NCBI GenBank assembly: GCA_049583165.1 | Contig: JBAUVJ010000310.1 | Span: forward strand, 1-39,698 | Length of the DNA: 39,698 nt | Source: Candidatus Sulfotelmatobacter sp. | Lineage (GTDB): Bacteria; Acidobacteriota; Terriglobia; Terriglobales; Acidobacteriaceae | Reading direction: 5' to 3' | Shown here: positions 1 to 9,995 of the stretch, piece by piece | Position numbering within the stretch: position 1 is the stretch's first letter | How the letters are laid out: each line of letters begins with the position of its first letter | Program-made: the position numbers and the translations under genes | Notes under the pieces: generated by a model | What the model was told of the DNA's origin: nothing | The model's input: the letters and a program-made list of their open reading frames with translations, nothing else | The model's database searches: none

Positions 1-834
1 CGCAAGAATTACGCCTTCATTAAAGTGAACTGCGCAGCCATTCCCTCGGGACTCCTCGAGAGCGAACTTTTTGGCCATGAAAGGGGTGCATTCACCGGTG
101 CGATTGCTCAGAAGATTGGAAGATTCGAACTGGCGAATAAGGGAACTCTCTTTCTTGACGAGATTGGGGATATACCTCCCGAATTGCAACCGAAGCTTTT
201 GAGAGTCTTGCAAGAGCAGGAATTCGAGCGCCTGGGGAGCAACCGCACGCAACGGGTGGACGTTCGAGTAGTGGCGGCCACAAATGCCGACCTTGGAGCG
301 ATGGTCGCGGAAAAGAAATTTCGGAGTGATCTTTACTATCGCGTGAACGTGTTCCCCATTGTTGTCCCGCCATTGCGCGAACGTCGTGATGATATTCCTC
401 TGCTCGTCCGCCACTTCGCGACCAAATATGCTCGACGCATGGAGAAGCATATTGAGACGATTCCAAAGAAAACGATGGAAGCGCTTACGCGTTACTCTTG
501 GCCGGGGAATATCCGTGAGTTGCAGAACTTGATGGAGCGAGCCGTGCTGCTGTCTTCCGGCCCGTCGCTGCGAGTTCCCCTGAGCGATATTGTCGCTCCG
601 CTGGATCTCAGAGCTGTCGGCGACGGCAGCGCGATTGAGCAGGTGGAGCGAGAGATGATTTTGCGGGCATTGCGGGAAAGCAACTGGGTGGTTGGAGGAA
701 CCCGCGGAGCCGCCGCAAGGTTACGCCTGAATCGTACGGGCCTCGCATACAAAATGAAGAAATTTGGAATCTCGCGCCCAACGCAGCAGCACGATGTTCT
801 GTCTGCACGGGTTTCAGGTGAGATCATGGGTTAG
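1..834 (+). CDS. sigma-54-dependent transcriptional activator (bacterial enhancer-binding protein), 5'-truncated by the window edge
   Basis: Frame 1 is open from nt 1. AAA+ sigma-54 interaction motifs are present: [15 protein letters not shown] (GAFTGA loop), Walker [29 protein letters not shown]-terminal Fis-type HTH: [22 protein letters not shown]. Confidence 0.92.
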   Translation, partial: RKNYAFIKVNCAAIPSGLLESELFGHERGAFTGAIAQKIGRFELANKGTLFLDEIGDIPPELQPKLLRVLQEQEFERLGSNRTQRVDVRVVAATNADLGAMVAEKKFRSDLYYRVNVFPIVVPPLRERRDDIPLLVRHFATKYARRMEKHIETIPKKTMEALTRYSWPGNIRELQNLMERAVLLSSGPSLRVPLSDIVAPLDLRAVGDGSAIEQVEREMILRALRESNWVVGGTRGAAARLRLNRTGLAYKMKKFGISRPTQQHDVLSARVSGEIMG

Positions 835-992
835 TCTTGCTCTCCGAGAGTTTGGAGGTAAGTCTTGCGAGGACGTTGTAGCGATTAGGCAGAAAAGCCT
901 CGACCAGGCCTACCCAGATGCTCCGCGAGGCATGCCGAGATGACAACTCTGGAGGAAGCCAGCCAAATAGGCCACAACCCATTTCATCCAGT

Positions 993-1640
993 TCATAGCG
1001 GCCTCCGAGCTACGGAATAGTGCGCAGACCGACCGTTCCGATTGGGAATTCGGGGCCGGATCGCTCGGCGCATCAACTCCTTGAGTTTCTTGCGCGCACG
1101 TGCTGATTGAGCCTTTACGGTTCCGTGCGGCACACCTAAGATCTGTGCCGTTTCGCGAATCGACAGACCGTGAATGTCGCGCAATTGAAATGCTCTCCAC
1201 AGAGTCGGCGAGAGTTGAGTGTAGAAATGAACCACGCGCGTGCTCAACTCAGATTGTTGACATTCATCCTCGGGGCTGGGCCGGTGATCCGCTAACTGCT
1301 CGGATACCGTATCTTCCCTTGCTTCTGAGATCGGTGCATCGAGCGGCAGGTGAACGTGGCGCAATCGCTTACGCAGCTGCATTCGGGCGCAATTATGTAC
1401 AATCGCCGTCAGCCAGGTGGACATTTGAGCCTGCCCCTTGAACTGGTCCAGGTGGGTATAGGCGGCCAGGAGGGCGTCCTGAACTGCATCTTCAGCATCG
1501 GCTACGTTCCCCAGAAGCCGGTATGCTCTTCGGTGAAGCGACGGTAGCCCGCTTGACAAAATGTGCCCCAACGCCTGAGTTGAGTCGTGCTTGGTTATGA
1601 CCACGGGACGCTTGGCGGCCCCGACGTATGCGTTTTGCAT
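993..1640 (-). CDS. ECF-type RNA polymerase sigma-70 family factor
   Basis: Region 2 (NVADAEDAVQDALLAAYTHLDQF, STWLTAIVHNCARMQLRKR) and region 4 HTH (LRDIHGLSIRETAQILGVPHGTVKAQSARARKKL). I placed the start at ATG 1640 (MQNAY) because GGAGGG lies about 7 nt upstream. The ORF is open up to 1709. Confidence 0.8.
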   Translation of the reverse strand: MQNAYVGAAKRPVVITKHDSTQALGHILSSGLPSLHRRAYRLLGNVADAEDAVQDALLAAYTHLDQFKGQAQMSTWLTAIVHNCARMQLRKRLRHVHLPLDAPISEAREDTVSEQLADHRPSPEDECQQSELSTRVVHFYTQLSPTLWRAFQLRDIHGLSIRETAQILGVPHGTVKAQSARARKKLKELMRRAIRPRIPNRNGRSAHYSVARRPL

Positions 1641-2064
1641 GCTGTTGCCCTCCGCCCAGGGAACAAGGCACGCGATGTTCCAATCGTTCGCAAGTGAATA
1701 GTCCAGCACTTTGAGCGTGTTAAAAAGTTATGGATGAATGTCACCGGCCAACAAAAGGCAGAAGAAAGTCGATATTGACAGAATGCTGGCGAGGGCCACG
1801 AGGCCTTTAAAAGGCTAGTTGAGTTGACAGGACTTCGGCAAGCCGCCTTCATAGTGGCGATGACACAGCGCGGGAGGCAGGACTATGAAGGCGACTTGCA
1901 CTTTTGCGTGATCACCCATTTGCAGTTTTCATACCGACGTTCTCAATTCCATGTTCTTCAGCATGTATGCGGGCTCACAAAAAAATGAGGTTCCAGGGTA
2001 GCGGCTTCGCTGCCTTTGCTGGCGTGACTGGTGAGCCACCAGCCGTTGGTAAACGAAGGAGGGC

Positions 2065-2754
2065 CTACGCGGCAGTCTCCGTCGCGACCATCTTCAGAAG
2101 TGCCTGGGCCGTCGAGGTGGAAGATGCAGGATTCTGTCCGGTAATAAGGCGGCCGTCAGTGATGGAAAAAGGCTGCCAGTTCGCCAGCTTCTCAAACGTT
2201 GCACCCAGCCGCAAAAGTTCGTCTTCAACGAGGAACGGCACAACTTTGGTGAGCTTTACCTCTTCTTCCTCGCCATTGGTAAAGCCAGTTACACGTTTTC
2301 CTTTCACGAGCGGCGCTCCCTTGTATGTAACGTGGCGAAGCACTCCAGGCGAATGACAGACCAAAGCGATCGGCTTGCCAGAATTGTAGAACGACTCGAG
2401 AAGTGCGATTGACACTGGGCTTTCGGCGAGATCCCACATCGGACCGTGCCCACCTGAATAAAACACGGTGTCATAGTCCTCTGCCTTTACGTCCGCAAGC
2501 TTGACCGTGTTAGCGAGGGCTTTTTGCGCTGCCGCGTCCTGCTTAAAGCGAGCCATCGCAGAGGTTTGATTTTCCGGCAGATCACTCTTTGGATCGATCG
2601 GTGGCTGCCCTCCTTTGGGAGAGGCGATCGTCAACTGAACACCCGCGTCCCTGAAAACGAAGTAGGGAGCAGCAAATTCTTCAAGCCAGAAACCGGTTTT
2701 ACGGCCAGTATTGCCCAGTTGATCGTGCGAGGTGAGCACCATCAAGATTTTCAT
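2065..2754 (-). CDS. DJ-1/PfpI-family type 1 glutamine amidotransferase-like protein
   Basis: MKILMVLTSHD..., nucleophile elbow ALVCHSPG, GQNPASS near the C-terminus. ATG at 2754 is preceded by GGAG. The longer ORF (to 3108) would overlap nuoN, so I trimmed it. Confidence 0.85.
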   Translation of the reverse strand: MKILMVLTSHDQLGNTGRKTGFWLEEFAAPYFVFRDAGVQLTIASPKGGQPPIDPKSDLPENQTSAMARFKQDAAAQKALANTVKLADVKAEDYDTVFYSGGHGPMWDLAESPVSIALLESFYNSGKPIALVCHSPGVLRHVTYKGAPLVKGKRVTGFTNGEEEEVKLTKVVPFLVEDELLRLGATFEKLANWQPFSITDGRLITGQNPASSTSTAQALLKMVATETAA

Positions 2755-2879
2755 GGTTAGATCTCCTAACCGATTGAATCGGTCTGGTGGCATCACATCA
2801 GAAGGGTAAGAGCCGAGCAACGTTCGTAGGAGCCGCGTCGCCTGACACGTGCGAGACAGTCGCGAAACTTCTTCTACAT

Positions 2880-4334
2880 TCAAATGCTTCCCGCCATGGT
2901 TGCCCGGATCAGGTTGAGCAACGGTGTGGGATAGACACCAAACCAGATCAGCAGAATCGCGAGCACGACAAGGATGAAAGCACCGTCTCGTGCCACCATC
3001 CGAATGGGAACATTCTCTGGAGGCGCCGAGAATAGTGCGACGACAATGCGCAGGTAATAGAAGAGGCCGGCGACGCTGGTCAATGCGAGAATTAGGATCA
3101 ACAACCACGCATCCGCACTCGCCCCGGCGGCGAGCACATAGAACTTACCCACAAACCCCATGGTCGCTGGAATACCGGCGAGTGAGAGCAGCGCGGCAGT
3201 GAAGACGCTGGCGATGACCGGCCTCCGCCAGAAGAGGCCGCGATAATTCTCCAGATCACCGGCATCGGACTCGGAGCTTGAGAGGACCGTCACAATTCCG
3301 AAGGCCGCAAGTAGGGTCACGGTGTACCCCACCAGATAAAAGCTCGCAGCCTCCGTTGCCATATTTCCGAACATGGTTCCGGCCAAAATTCCGCCCGCCA
3401 GAAATGCCACCAATATGTACCCGAAGTGGGCAATGGAGGAGTAGGCCAGGATGCGTTTTACATTCGTCTGCTGCAAGGCGAGGAGGTTGCCCGCGCACAT
3501 AGAGGCGATTGCGATGATGGAGACCACAAGAAATACGCCACGGTATTGCAGCGCGCCCGAAACGTAGAAATAGCGCAGCAAGAGCGCGACCATCGCGCTC
3601 TTGGAGGTTGTGGCGACGAATGCCGCCACGGGTGCCGGTGCACCCTCGTAAACATCAGGCGTCCACAGATGGAAGGGCACCACACCCAGCTTGAAGCCGA
3701 TGCCAGTGATGGTGAGGACGATTCCGGGTAGCAGCAGGGCAAGTCCGGACCCCCTGGTGGAGAGCTGACCAATGCGCGAGAACTCCATGGTGCCGACATC
3801 GGCGTAAATCAGGGCCGCACCGAAGAGAAGGAATGCGGCAGAAGTGGAAGCCAGAATCAGATACTTAAATCCAGCTTCGAGCGCTCGTTCGCGGTCTTTC
3901 AAATACGCAACCATGGCGTACAAGGAGACGCTCAAGATCTCAAGCCCGAGCAAAAACGAAACAAAGTGGCTGCTGGCGACCAAGACCGCACAACCCAGAG
4001 TCGCGAGGAGGAGCAGGAGATATAGCTCTTCCCGATGGCCATCATGAATTTCGAAGTACCGGTAGGAAAGCATGGCCACAACCGCGGCCGAGGCAACGAT
4101 GAGACCGATGTAAAAGAGGGCAAATCGATCCACGAGTAGAAGGGAAGTCACCTGTCGCGGAGCGAGCGGCGCCGCTGCAAAGATAGAGATGAAGGCGCCA
4201 GTCAATCCGGCGAGCGTCAAGCCCGCCGCAAGGATGTGATTGCGCCTGAAGGCGATGCCAAGCATCACAACCACCGCAGTACCTGCGATCAGAAGCAAGG
4301 GGAGTAAGGCGAGAATGTCGGCAGTGTTCATCAC
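2880..4334 (-). CDS. nuoN: NADH-quinone oxidoreductase subunit N
   Basis: 484-aa polytopic antiporter-like protein and last gene of the nuo cluster. GTG 4334 / ATG 4331 lies 8 nt after the nuoM stop. Confidence 0.92.
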   Translation of the reverse strand: MMNTADILALLPLLLIAGTAVVVMLGIAFRRNHILAAGLTLAGLTGAFISIFAAAPLAPRQVTSLLLVDRFALFYIGLIVASAAVVAMLSYRYFEIHDGHREELYLLLLLATLGCAVLVASSHFVSFLLGLEILSVSLYAMVAYLKDRERALEAGFKYLILASTSAAFLLFGAALIYADVGTMEFSRIGQLSTRGSGLALLLPGIVLTITGIGFKLGVVPFHLWTPDVYEGAPAPVAAFVATTSKSAMVALLLRYFYVSGALQYRGVFLVVSIIAIASMCAGNLLALQQTNVKRILAYSSIAHFGYILVAFLAGGILAGTMFGNMATEAASFYLVGYTVTLLAAFGIVTVLSSSESDAGDLENYRGLFWRRPVIASVFTAALLSLAGIPATMGFVGKFYVLAAGASADAWLLILILALTSVAGLFYYLRIVVALFSAPPENVPIRMVARDGAFILVVLAILLIWFGVYPTPLLNLIRATMAGSI

Positions 4335-4341
4335 TTATCTC

Positions 4342-5835
4342 TCATCTCTGCAAGGTCGCAACGGTCAGTTGTGCCGCTTCGCGCTGTAAGGTGTCCAGAG
4401 CCTGGCTACAAGTGTTGAAAACCGGTTGCGGATAAAGCCCAAGCCACAGCAGGCCCGTGATCATCACCGCCATCATCACCCCTTCCCGCAGATTTAGATC
4501 GGGGAGTTTCCATGCGTTTGTGTTCGGGCCCTGGAAGGCACGCTGCACCATGCGCAACCCATAAAAGGTCGAGGCCAAAACACCAACACTCGCGATCGCC
4601 GTGATAGTGATGCTGATTTTGTAAGAGCCCAGCAACACGAGAAATTCCCCGACGAAGTCACCTAATCCCGGCAGGCCGAGCGAGCCCAAAGTGAAAAAAA
4701 GCGTGGCTCCGCTCAAGCGGGGAGCCACGGACCAGATACCACCCATGCTTTCAAGATCACGAGTGTGGATGCGTTCCTGTAGGCCGCCGACCAGAACGAA
4801 GAGTCCACCCGTGCTTAACCCGTGACAGATCATGGTCATAATCGCGCCCTGGAGCGCGATCGGGTTCCAGGAGAAGATTCCGAGCAGCACAAATCCCAGG
4901 TGACTGACGCTGGTATAGGCCACCAAACGTTTGAGATCTGTCTGCGAGTAAGCCATCACCGCGCCGTACACGATGCCGATCACGGCCAGCACCAAAGCCA
5001 CCGGAGTGAACTCATGAGCCGCGTGTGGAAACAACGGAGCGACAAAACGCAACAACCCATACGCGCCGGTCTTTAGCAGCAAGCCGGCCAGGATCACGCT
5101 TCCAGCGGTCGGAGCCTGGGTGTGAGCATCCGGCAACCATGTGTGGAACGGGACGACTGGCAACTTCACTGCAAAGGCGACAAAAAAGCCGAGCATAATC
5201 CAAAGCTCAGCGCTGGGACTTAGTTGCGTGCCCAATAGTGCCGAATATTCGAACGTGTAAATGCCGGTCGTCTGATGATGGATAAAGTAGAGCGCCAGGA
5301 TGGCGATGAGCATCAGCAGTCCGCTGCACTGTGTGAACAGGAAAAACTTGATCGCCGCATAGACGCGTCGTTCATGGCCCCATATGACGATGAGAAAATA
5401 CATGGGAACCAGCATCAATTCCCAGCAGAAGTAAAACAGGAACAAGTCGACGGACAGAAACACGCCCACGATTCCCGCCAGAACCCACATCACGTTGAAG
5501 TGAAAAAATCCGATCTGCTCGCGGATTTCCGTCCAGGAGCACAGCACGGACATTATGCCCAAGACGAACGTGAGCACCAGCATCAGCAGGCTGAGGCCGT
5601 CCAACGCGAGATGAAAGTGGATGCCAAAGTTCGGCACCCAATTCCAGTTCACTTCGTCAAGCCAAGGTTGGGTAGCGCTTGAGGGTCTGCCGGCCCAAAT
5701 GCCGAGGGTCAGGACGAGGTCCACGCCAATTGCGATCAGGGATATCCATCGCGGCAGTTGTGAGCTCCAGCTTGCGGCGAGCCAGGCGAGAAAACCGCCG
5801 ATCAACAGAATGCCGATAATGTAGACGAGTATCAT
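4342..5835 (-). CDS. nuoM: NADH-quinone oxidoreductase subunit M
   Basis: 497-aa antiporter-like subunit (KLPVVPFHTWLPDAH). Its start overlaps the nuoL stop (ATGA). Confidence 0.93.
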   Translation of the reverse strand: MILVYIIGILLIGGFLAWLAASWSSQLPRWISLIAIGVDLVLTLGIWAGRPSSATQPWLDEVNWNWVPNFGIHFHLALDGLSLLMLVLTFVLGIMSVLCSWTEIREQIGFFHFNVMWVLAGIVGVFLSVDLFLFYFCWELMLVPMYFLIVIWGHERRVYAAIKFFLFTQCSGLLMLIAILALYFIHHQTTGIYTFEYSALLGTQLSPSAELWIMLGFFVAFAVKLPVVPFHTWLPDAHTQAPTAGSVILAGLLLKTGAYGLLRFVAPLFPHAAHEFTPVALVLAVIGIVYGAVMAYSQTDLKRLVAYTSVSHLGFVLLGIFSWNPIALQGAIMTMICHGLSTGGLFVLVGGLQERIHTRDLESMGGIWSVAPRLSGATLFFTLGSLGLPGLGDFVGEFLVLLGSYKISITITAIASVGVLASTFYGLRMVQRAFQGPNTNAWKLPDLNLREGVMMAVMITGLLWLGLYPQPVFNTCSQALDTLQREAAQLTVATLQR

Positions 5836-7700
5836 TTAAATAACACCATCGCCACGAATAGCACTGACCCTGCGCCCATGGCCAGGGCGTACCAGCGCAC
5901 GCGGCCAGTCTCGGTGCGGCTCAGTCCGCGATAAGAGAGTTGCGTGAGCCACGCTACGCCCGTGTAAAAGGCGTCGACGAAATCGCTCTTGTTGATCTCG
6001 GAGGCCCAGATGAAGGGCTGCACAAAAACTTTGTCGTAAATCCAGTCAAAGCCCCAATCGGCAAACCACCACTCGTGGAGCATCCGTCCGACAGGGTTCG
6101 CAACCAGCGCATCCGCCAGACTTCGCCTTTGGAGGTGGAACAGATACGAGAAATAGAGGCCGATCAAGAACAACACTGCGGCAATGCCCTCCGAGCCAAT
6201 CTCTGTCAAACCGTGGGTATTGGTCTCTAGCGTCGACGGCAATGCCAGTTGCAGAAATGCAAGCAGCGGCTGTTTCAGATACCCGGCAACGATTGCTAGG
6301 AAAGCTAGAATCACGAGAGGAACCGTCATCGCATAACCTGGCCGCTTGGTTACGGGTATGCCCAGAGGACCAAAAAACACTCGGAAGATCATACGGAACG
6401 TGTACAGGGCGGTCATCAGCGCTCCGACCATCCCCGCAACCCAAAATCCCGGGTGTCCCTGTTGCGCCGACCACGCTTCCCAAATGATCAAGTCCTTACT
6501 GAAAAAGCCGGCGGTAATAAAGGGCAGGCCCGCCAGAGAGCAGCCGGCGATCAGGAATGTCCAGAAAGCCACCGGCAGTTCTTTGCGCAAACCACCCATC
6601 TTGAAGATGTTGTGCTCCTCATCTACAGCGTTGATGACCACACCGGCGCCAAGAAACAGGAGGGCCTTGAAGCACGCGTGGGTCACGAAGTGAAACATCG
6701 CCGCTTGCCACGCCCCTACGCCTAGCGCGAGAAACATGTACCCGATCTGGCTCACGGTGGAGTAGGCGAGCACGCGCTTCAGGTCGTATTGCGTGAGGGC
6801 GCTAAATCCGGCGAGCAGCATAGTGCTCGCGCCCACGACTGCCACGGCAAATCGCGCCGCCGGCGCCAATGAGAATAAAACGTGCGTGCGCGCGATTAGA
6901 TAAACACCGGCAGTAACCATTGTCGCGGCATGGAGGAGCGCGCTGACTGGCGTAGGGCCGGCCATCGCATCCGGCAACCAGACTTGCAAGGGAAGTTGCG
7001 CTGATTTGCCGACCGCGCCCCCTAACAGCAGGAACGCAGCCAAGACTGCAAATGTGGATCCCGTGGCCCACTGTTCGGAAGCACGATGCATGAGATCCTG
7101 AATCTGGAGCGTACCCAGTTGCGTGAACAGAAGAAAGAGACCCAACAACATGGCAGTGTCGCCAACGCGAGTTAAGATGAATGCCTTGCGTCCGGCCCGC
7201 CCATTTGCAGGATCGCGGTACCAGAAGCCGATCAGCAGGTAGCTGCACAACCCAACGCCTTCCCACCCGAGATAGAGAAGCAGAAGATTGTTCCCCAGCA
7301 GCAGCATTAACATCGATGCGACGAACAAATTCATGTAGGCGAAGAAGCGGCCGTAGCCCTCGTCTTCCATCATGAATTCGGCCGAGTAAAGGTGAATCAG
7401 GAAGCCGACGAAAGTGACCACCAGTACCATCACCAATGACAGCGCATCCAGATACAGGCCGACCTGCGGTGTAAACCCTGCAACGCTGATCCAGGTCCAA
7501 AGGAGCTGTGTAAAAGAGCCGCCAGCAGGAGGCGCGATAAAAAATCCTGCGGCGATGAGAATCGTGACTAGTGCGGAGATCCCGATCGATCCCACACCCA
7601 CCGCCGCTGTGGCTTTGCGCGAGAGACGAGAGCCAAACAGAATCAGCAACGCTGCACTCGCGAAAGGTAGTGCCGGAATTAGCCACAACAAACTGATCAC
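5832..7700 (-). CDS. nuoL: NADH-quinone oxidoreductase subunit L
   Basis: 622 aa. Long runs match E. coli NuoL as I remember it: LGWEGVGLCSYLLIGFWY, GKSAQLPLQVWLPDAMAGPTPVSAL.HAATMVTAGVYLIARTH, NIFKMGGLRK. GTG start sits 1 nt after the nuoK stop. Confidence 0.95.
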   Translation of the reverse strand: MISLLWLIPALPFASAALLILFGSRLSRKATAAVGVGSIGISALVTILIAAGFFIAPPAGGSFTQLLWTWISVAGFTPQVGLYLDALSLVMVLVVTFVGFLIHLYSAEFMMEDEGYGRFFAYMNLFVASMLMLLLGNNLLLLYLGWEGVGLCSYLLIGFWYRDPANGRAGRKAFILTRVGDTAMLLGLFLLFTQLGTLQIQDLMHRASEQWATGSTFAVLAAFLLLGGAVGKSAQLPLQVWLPDAMAGPTPVSALLHAATMVTAGVYLIARTHVLFSLAPAARFAVAVVGASTMLLAGFSALTQYDLKRVLAYSTVSQIGYMFLALGVGAWQAAMFHFVTHACFKALLFLGAGVVINAVDEEHNIFKMGGLRKELPVAFWTFLIAGCSLAGLPFITAGFFSKDLIIWEAWSAQQGHPGFWVAGMVGALMTALYTFRMIFRVFFGPLGIPVTKRPGYAMTVPLVILAFLAIVAGYLKQPLLAFLQLALPSTLETNTHGLTEIGSEGIAAVLFLIGLYFSYLFHLQRRSLADALVANPVGRMLHEWWFADWGFDWIYDKVFVQPFIWASEINKSDFVDAFYTGVAWLTQLSYRGLSRTETGRVRWYALAMGAGSVLFVAMVLFK

Positions 7701-7701
7701 G

Positions 7702-8010
7702 TTATCCCCTCATCTCACTCAGTTCATCGACATCCAAGGACTTGCAGCGGCGATAAATTTGCAGCACCAGGGCAAGCCCCACAGAAACTTCCGCCGCTGC
7801 CACTGCCAAAATGAACAGAAACATGACCTGACCGTCCGCCTGATGCCATCGCGATCCGGCGATCACAAATGCCAGACCCGCCGCGTTGAGCATGACCTCA
7901 AGCGACATCAGGACGAAAATTAAATTACGGCGTACGAGCAGGCTGGTCAGTCCCAGCGAGAACAAGATCCCCGCCAGCAACAACCCGTCTCTCATGGGTA
8001 TCTGCGTCAT
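7702..8010 (-). CDS. nuoK: NADH-quinone oxidoreductase subunit K
   Basis: 102 aa starting [22 protein letters not shown] and ending ...SEMRG, colinear with E. coli NuoK. The ORF extension to 8091 has no NuoK counterpart and was trimmed. Confidence 0.9.
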   Translation of the reverse strand: MTQIPMRDGLLLAGILFSLGLTSLLVRRNLIFVLMSLEVMLNAAGLAFVIAGSRWHQADGQVMFLFILAVAAAEVSVGLALVLQIYRRCKSLDVDELSEMRG

Positions 8011-8515
8011 GTCGAATCTCCGGTTTGTCACTCTTGCGATAGCCGAGGTGATAAGCGCCAACCAGTCCCGCCAGCAGGAGCATGGAGGCAAGTTCCACGC
8101 CGATCAGGTAAGGGCCAAAGAGTGCGATCCCAACTTGCTTCGGGTCCACCGCGCCAGTGCTCATGCCGGAAGCGTTGCCTCGCACCAGGTAAACGACCTC
8201 CATAATAAGGATGGTGGCCAAAAGCACAGGGCCCATCCAAATCCCCGGCGTGAGCCATTGTCTTTCCACTTCGGCCGTATGCGCTCCCATGTTGAGCATC
8301 ATCACAACGAACACAAAAAGCACCATGATCGCGCCCGCGTAAATGATGACCTCAAGCGCGGCTACAAATGGCGCGCCGAGCGTATAAAAAACCACCGCCA
8401 CTCCCAGTAGGGACACGATCATGTACAGCAGGGCGTGCACAACATTCAGCCGAGTCAGCATCAGGATTGTCGATATGACAGCCACTGCGCCCGCAATGTA
8501 AAAAGTTAGTTCCAT
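7925..8515 (-). CDS. nuoJ: NADH-quinone oxidoreductase subunit J (C-terminal tail overlaps nuoK)
   Basis: [16 protein letters not shown]..., [35 protein letters not shown] at 8515. The stop does not occur until 7925, which is 86 nt inside nuoK. Confidence 0.88.
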   Translation of the reverse strand: MELTFYIAGAVAVISTILMLTRLNVVHALLYMIVSLLGVAVVFYTLGAPFVAALEVIIYAGAIMVLFVFVVMMLNMGAHTAEVERQWLTPGIWMGPVLLATILIMEVVYLVRGNASGMSTGAVDPKQVGIALFGPYLIGVELASMLLLAGLVGAYHLGYRKSDKPEIRHDADTHERRVVAGGDLVLAGTDQPARTP

Positions 8516-8522
8516 AAATCTC

Positions 8523-9038
8523 TCACGGCAACAGAGAACGGACATCGACGGGCGGCGCTTCATGTGCCGCCTCGCCCTTGTCTTTTCCGCCAATCTTGAC
8601 TCCCGCGACTCGCCAATAGTTGTAACCGGGATACTTGCCAGGACCGTCGATCAGCAAATCTTTCTTTTCATAAACCAAGTTCTTCCGGTGGAACTCTCCC
8701 ATCTCGAAATCAGGAGTGAGCTGGATCGCGTAAGTAGGACAGGCCTCTTCGCAATAACCGCAGAAGATGCAACGTGAAAAGTTGATGCGGAAGAAATCCG
8801 GATAACGTCGCCCGTCTTTATCTTCAGTTGCCTGAAGCGCAATGCAACCGACTGGACACGCGACCGCACAGAGGTTGCAAGCCACGCAGCGCTCGCCTCC
8901 ATCGGGATCGCGCGACAGAATAATTCGGCCTCGGAAACGCGGCGCAAGATTGGGCTTTTGCTCTGGATATTGGACCGTGATCCTCTTCTGGAAGGAGTGA
9001 AGAAAAACGTACCAGATCGTTCTGAGTATGCTTAGCAT
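8523..9038 (-). CDS. nuoI: NADH-quinone oxidoreductase subunit I (2x[4Fe-4S] ferredoxin)
   Basis: [17 protein letters not shown] and [16 protein letters not shown] cluster motifs; the tail ...[17 protein letters not shown] resembles E. coli NuoI. Confidence 0.95.
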   Translation of the reverse strand: MLSILRTIWYVFLHSFQKRITVQYPEQKPNLAPRFRGRIILSRDPDGGERCVACNLCAVACPVGCIALQATEDKDGRRYPDFFRINFSRCIFCGYCEEACPTYAIQLTPDFEMGEFHRKNLVYEKKDLLIDGPGKYPGYNYWRVAGVKIGGKDKGEAAHEAPPVDVRSLLP

Positions 9039-9041
9039 CTT

Positions 9042-9995
9042 TTAGTAACCCCACTTAAGCAATGCCGCTCCAGTCGCGAGCAAATTGGCCAGGGCCAGCG
9101 GCAGCATTACCTTCCAGCCCAAGGACATGAGTTGATCGAATCGCGGACGGGGAAGGGCCGCGCGTACCAGGACAAAGAACGAAATGAAGAAGAAAGTCTT
9201 GATCAGAAACCAGACTAATCCAGGAAGGACCGGACCCAACCAGCCACCAAAAAAGAGAACTGAAATCATGGCTGAGATCAACGTGACTCCCATGTACTCT
9301 CCCACGAAGAACATGCCAAACTTCATTCCTGAGTATTCGGAGTGATAACCGGCAACGAGTTCGCTCTCGGATTCCGGGAGATCGAACGGGATTCTGCGCG
9401 TTTCGGCAAAGCCAGCAATCAGAAATAAGACGAAGCCCGGGAACTGCGGAACCACGAACCAGATCTTCCTTTGCGCTTCGACGATTGCGGGAAGGCTAAA
9501 TGATCCGGCGAGCAGGACCACCCCCATCAGTGAGAGACCCATGAAGACTTCGTAGCTCAACATCTGCGCAGCCGCTCGCAGGCCGCCAAGGAGAGCGTAC
9601 TTGTTGTTGGAGGACCATCCCGCAAGCGCAACGCTGTAAACTCCCAGCGAGGACATGGCGAGAAAGAACAACAGCCCGACGTTCAGGTCGCTGACGATGA
9701 TCCCCGGCGCTACGGGGAGCACTGCGAAAGACATCAGCACCGTCACAAAAACGATCGCTGGGGCCACAATGAAAACGGGTTTGTCGACGAACGGAGGAAC
9801 CCAATCCTCCTTCATGAATATTTTGATCGAATCGGCCAAAACCTGGAGCAGGCCGAATGGTCCGACCCGGTTCGGTCCGTAACGGTCCTGCCACAGGGCA
9901 AGCAATCGTCGCTCAACCCAGATGAGGAAAGCCGCGATGCTCATGGCCACAATGACAATTCCGAGGATCGAAAGGATTGGGTATGGACTCGTCAT
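9042..9995 (-). CDS. nuoH: NADH-quinone oxidoreductase subunit H
   Basis: MTSPYPILS..., WVERRLLALWQDRYGPNRVGPFGLLQ, AETRRIPFDLPESESELVAGYHSEYSG. ATG 9995 overlaps the nuoG stop (ATGA). The upstream ORF extension was trimmed. Confidence 0.93.
   Translation of the reverse strand: MTSPYPILSILGIVIVAMSIAAFLIWVERRLLALWQDRYGPNRVGPFGLLQVLADSIKIFMKEDWVPPFVDKPVFIVAPAIVFVTVLMSFAVLPVAPGIIVSDLNVGLLFFLAMSSLGVYSVALAGWSSNNKYALLGGLRAAAQMLSYEVFMGLSLMGVVLLAGSFSLPAIVEAQRKIWFVVPQFPGFVLFLIAGFAETRRIPFDLPESESELVAGYHSEYSGMKFGMFFVGEYMGVTLISAMISVLFFGGWLGPVLPGLVWFLIKTFFFISFFVLVRAALPRPRFDQLMSLGWKVMLPLALANLLATGAALLKWGY

Noticed and set aside
1824-1829. Perfect TTGACA -35 hexamer on the plus strand upstream of nothing.
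   Set aside because: There is no acceptable -10 at 16-19 nt spacing and no plus-strand gene downstream. The next genes are on the minus strand.
2771-2785. Small palindrome ACCGAT-TGA-ATCGGT between nuoN and the DJ-1 gene, considered as a nuo operon terminator.
   Set aside because: It has only a 6-bp stem with a 3-nt loop and no U-tract, and it abuts the DJ-1 RBS. That is too weak to call a terminator. It may modulate DJ-1 translation, but I have no support for that.
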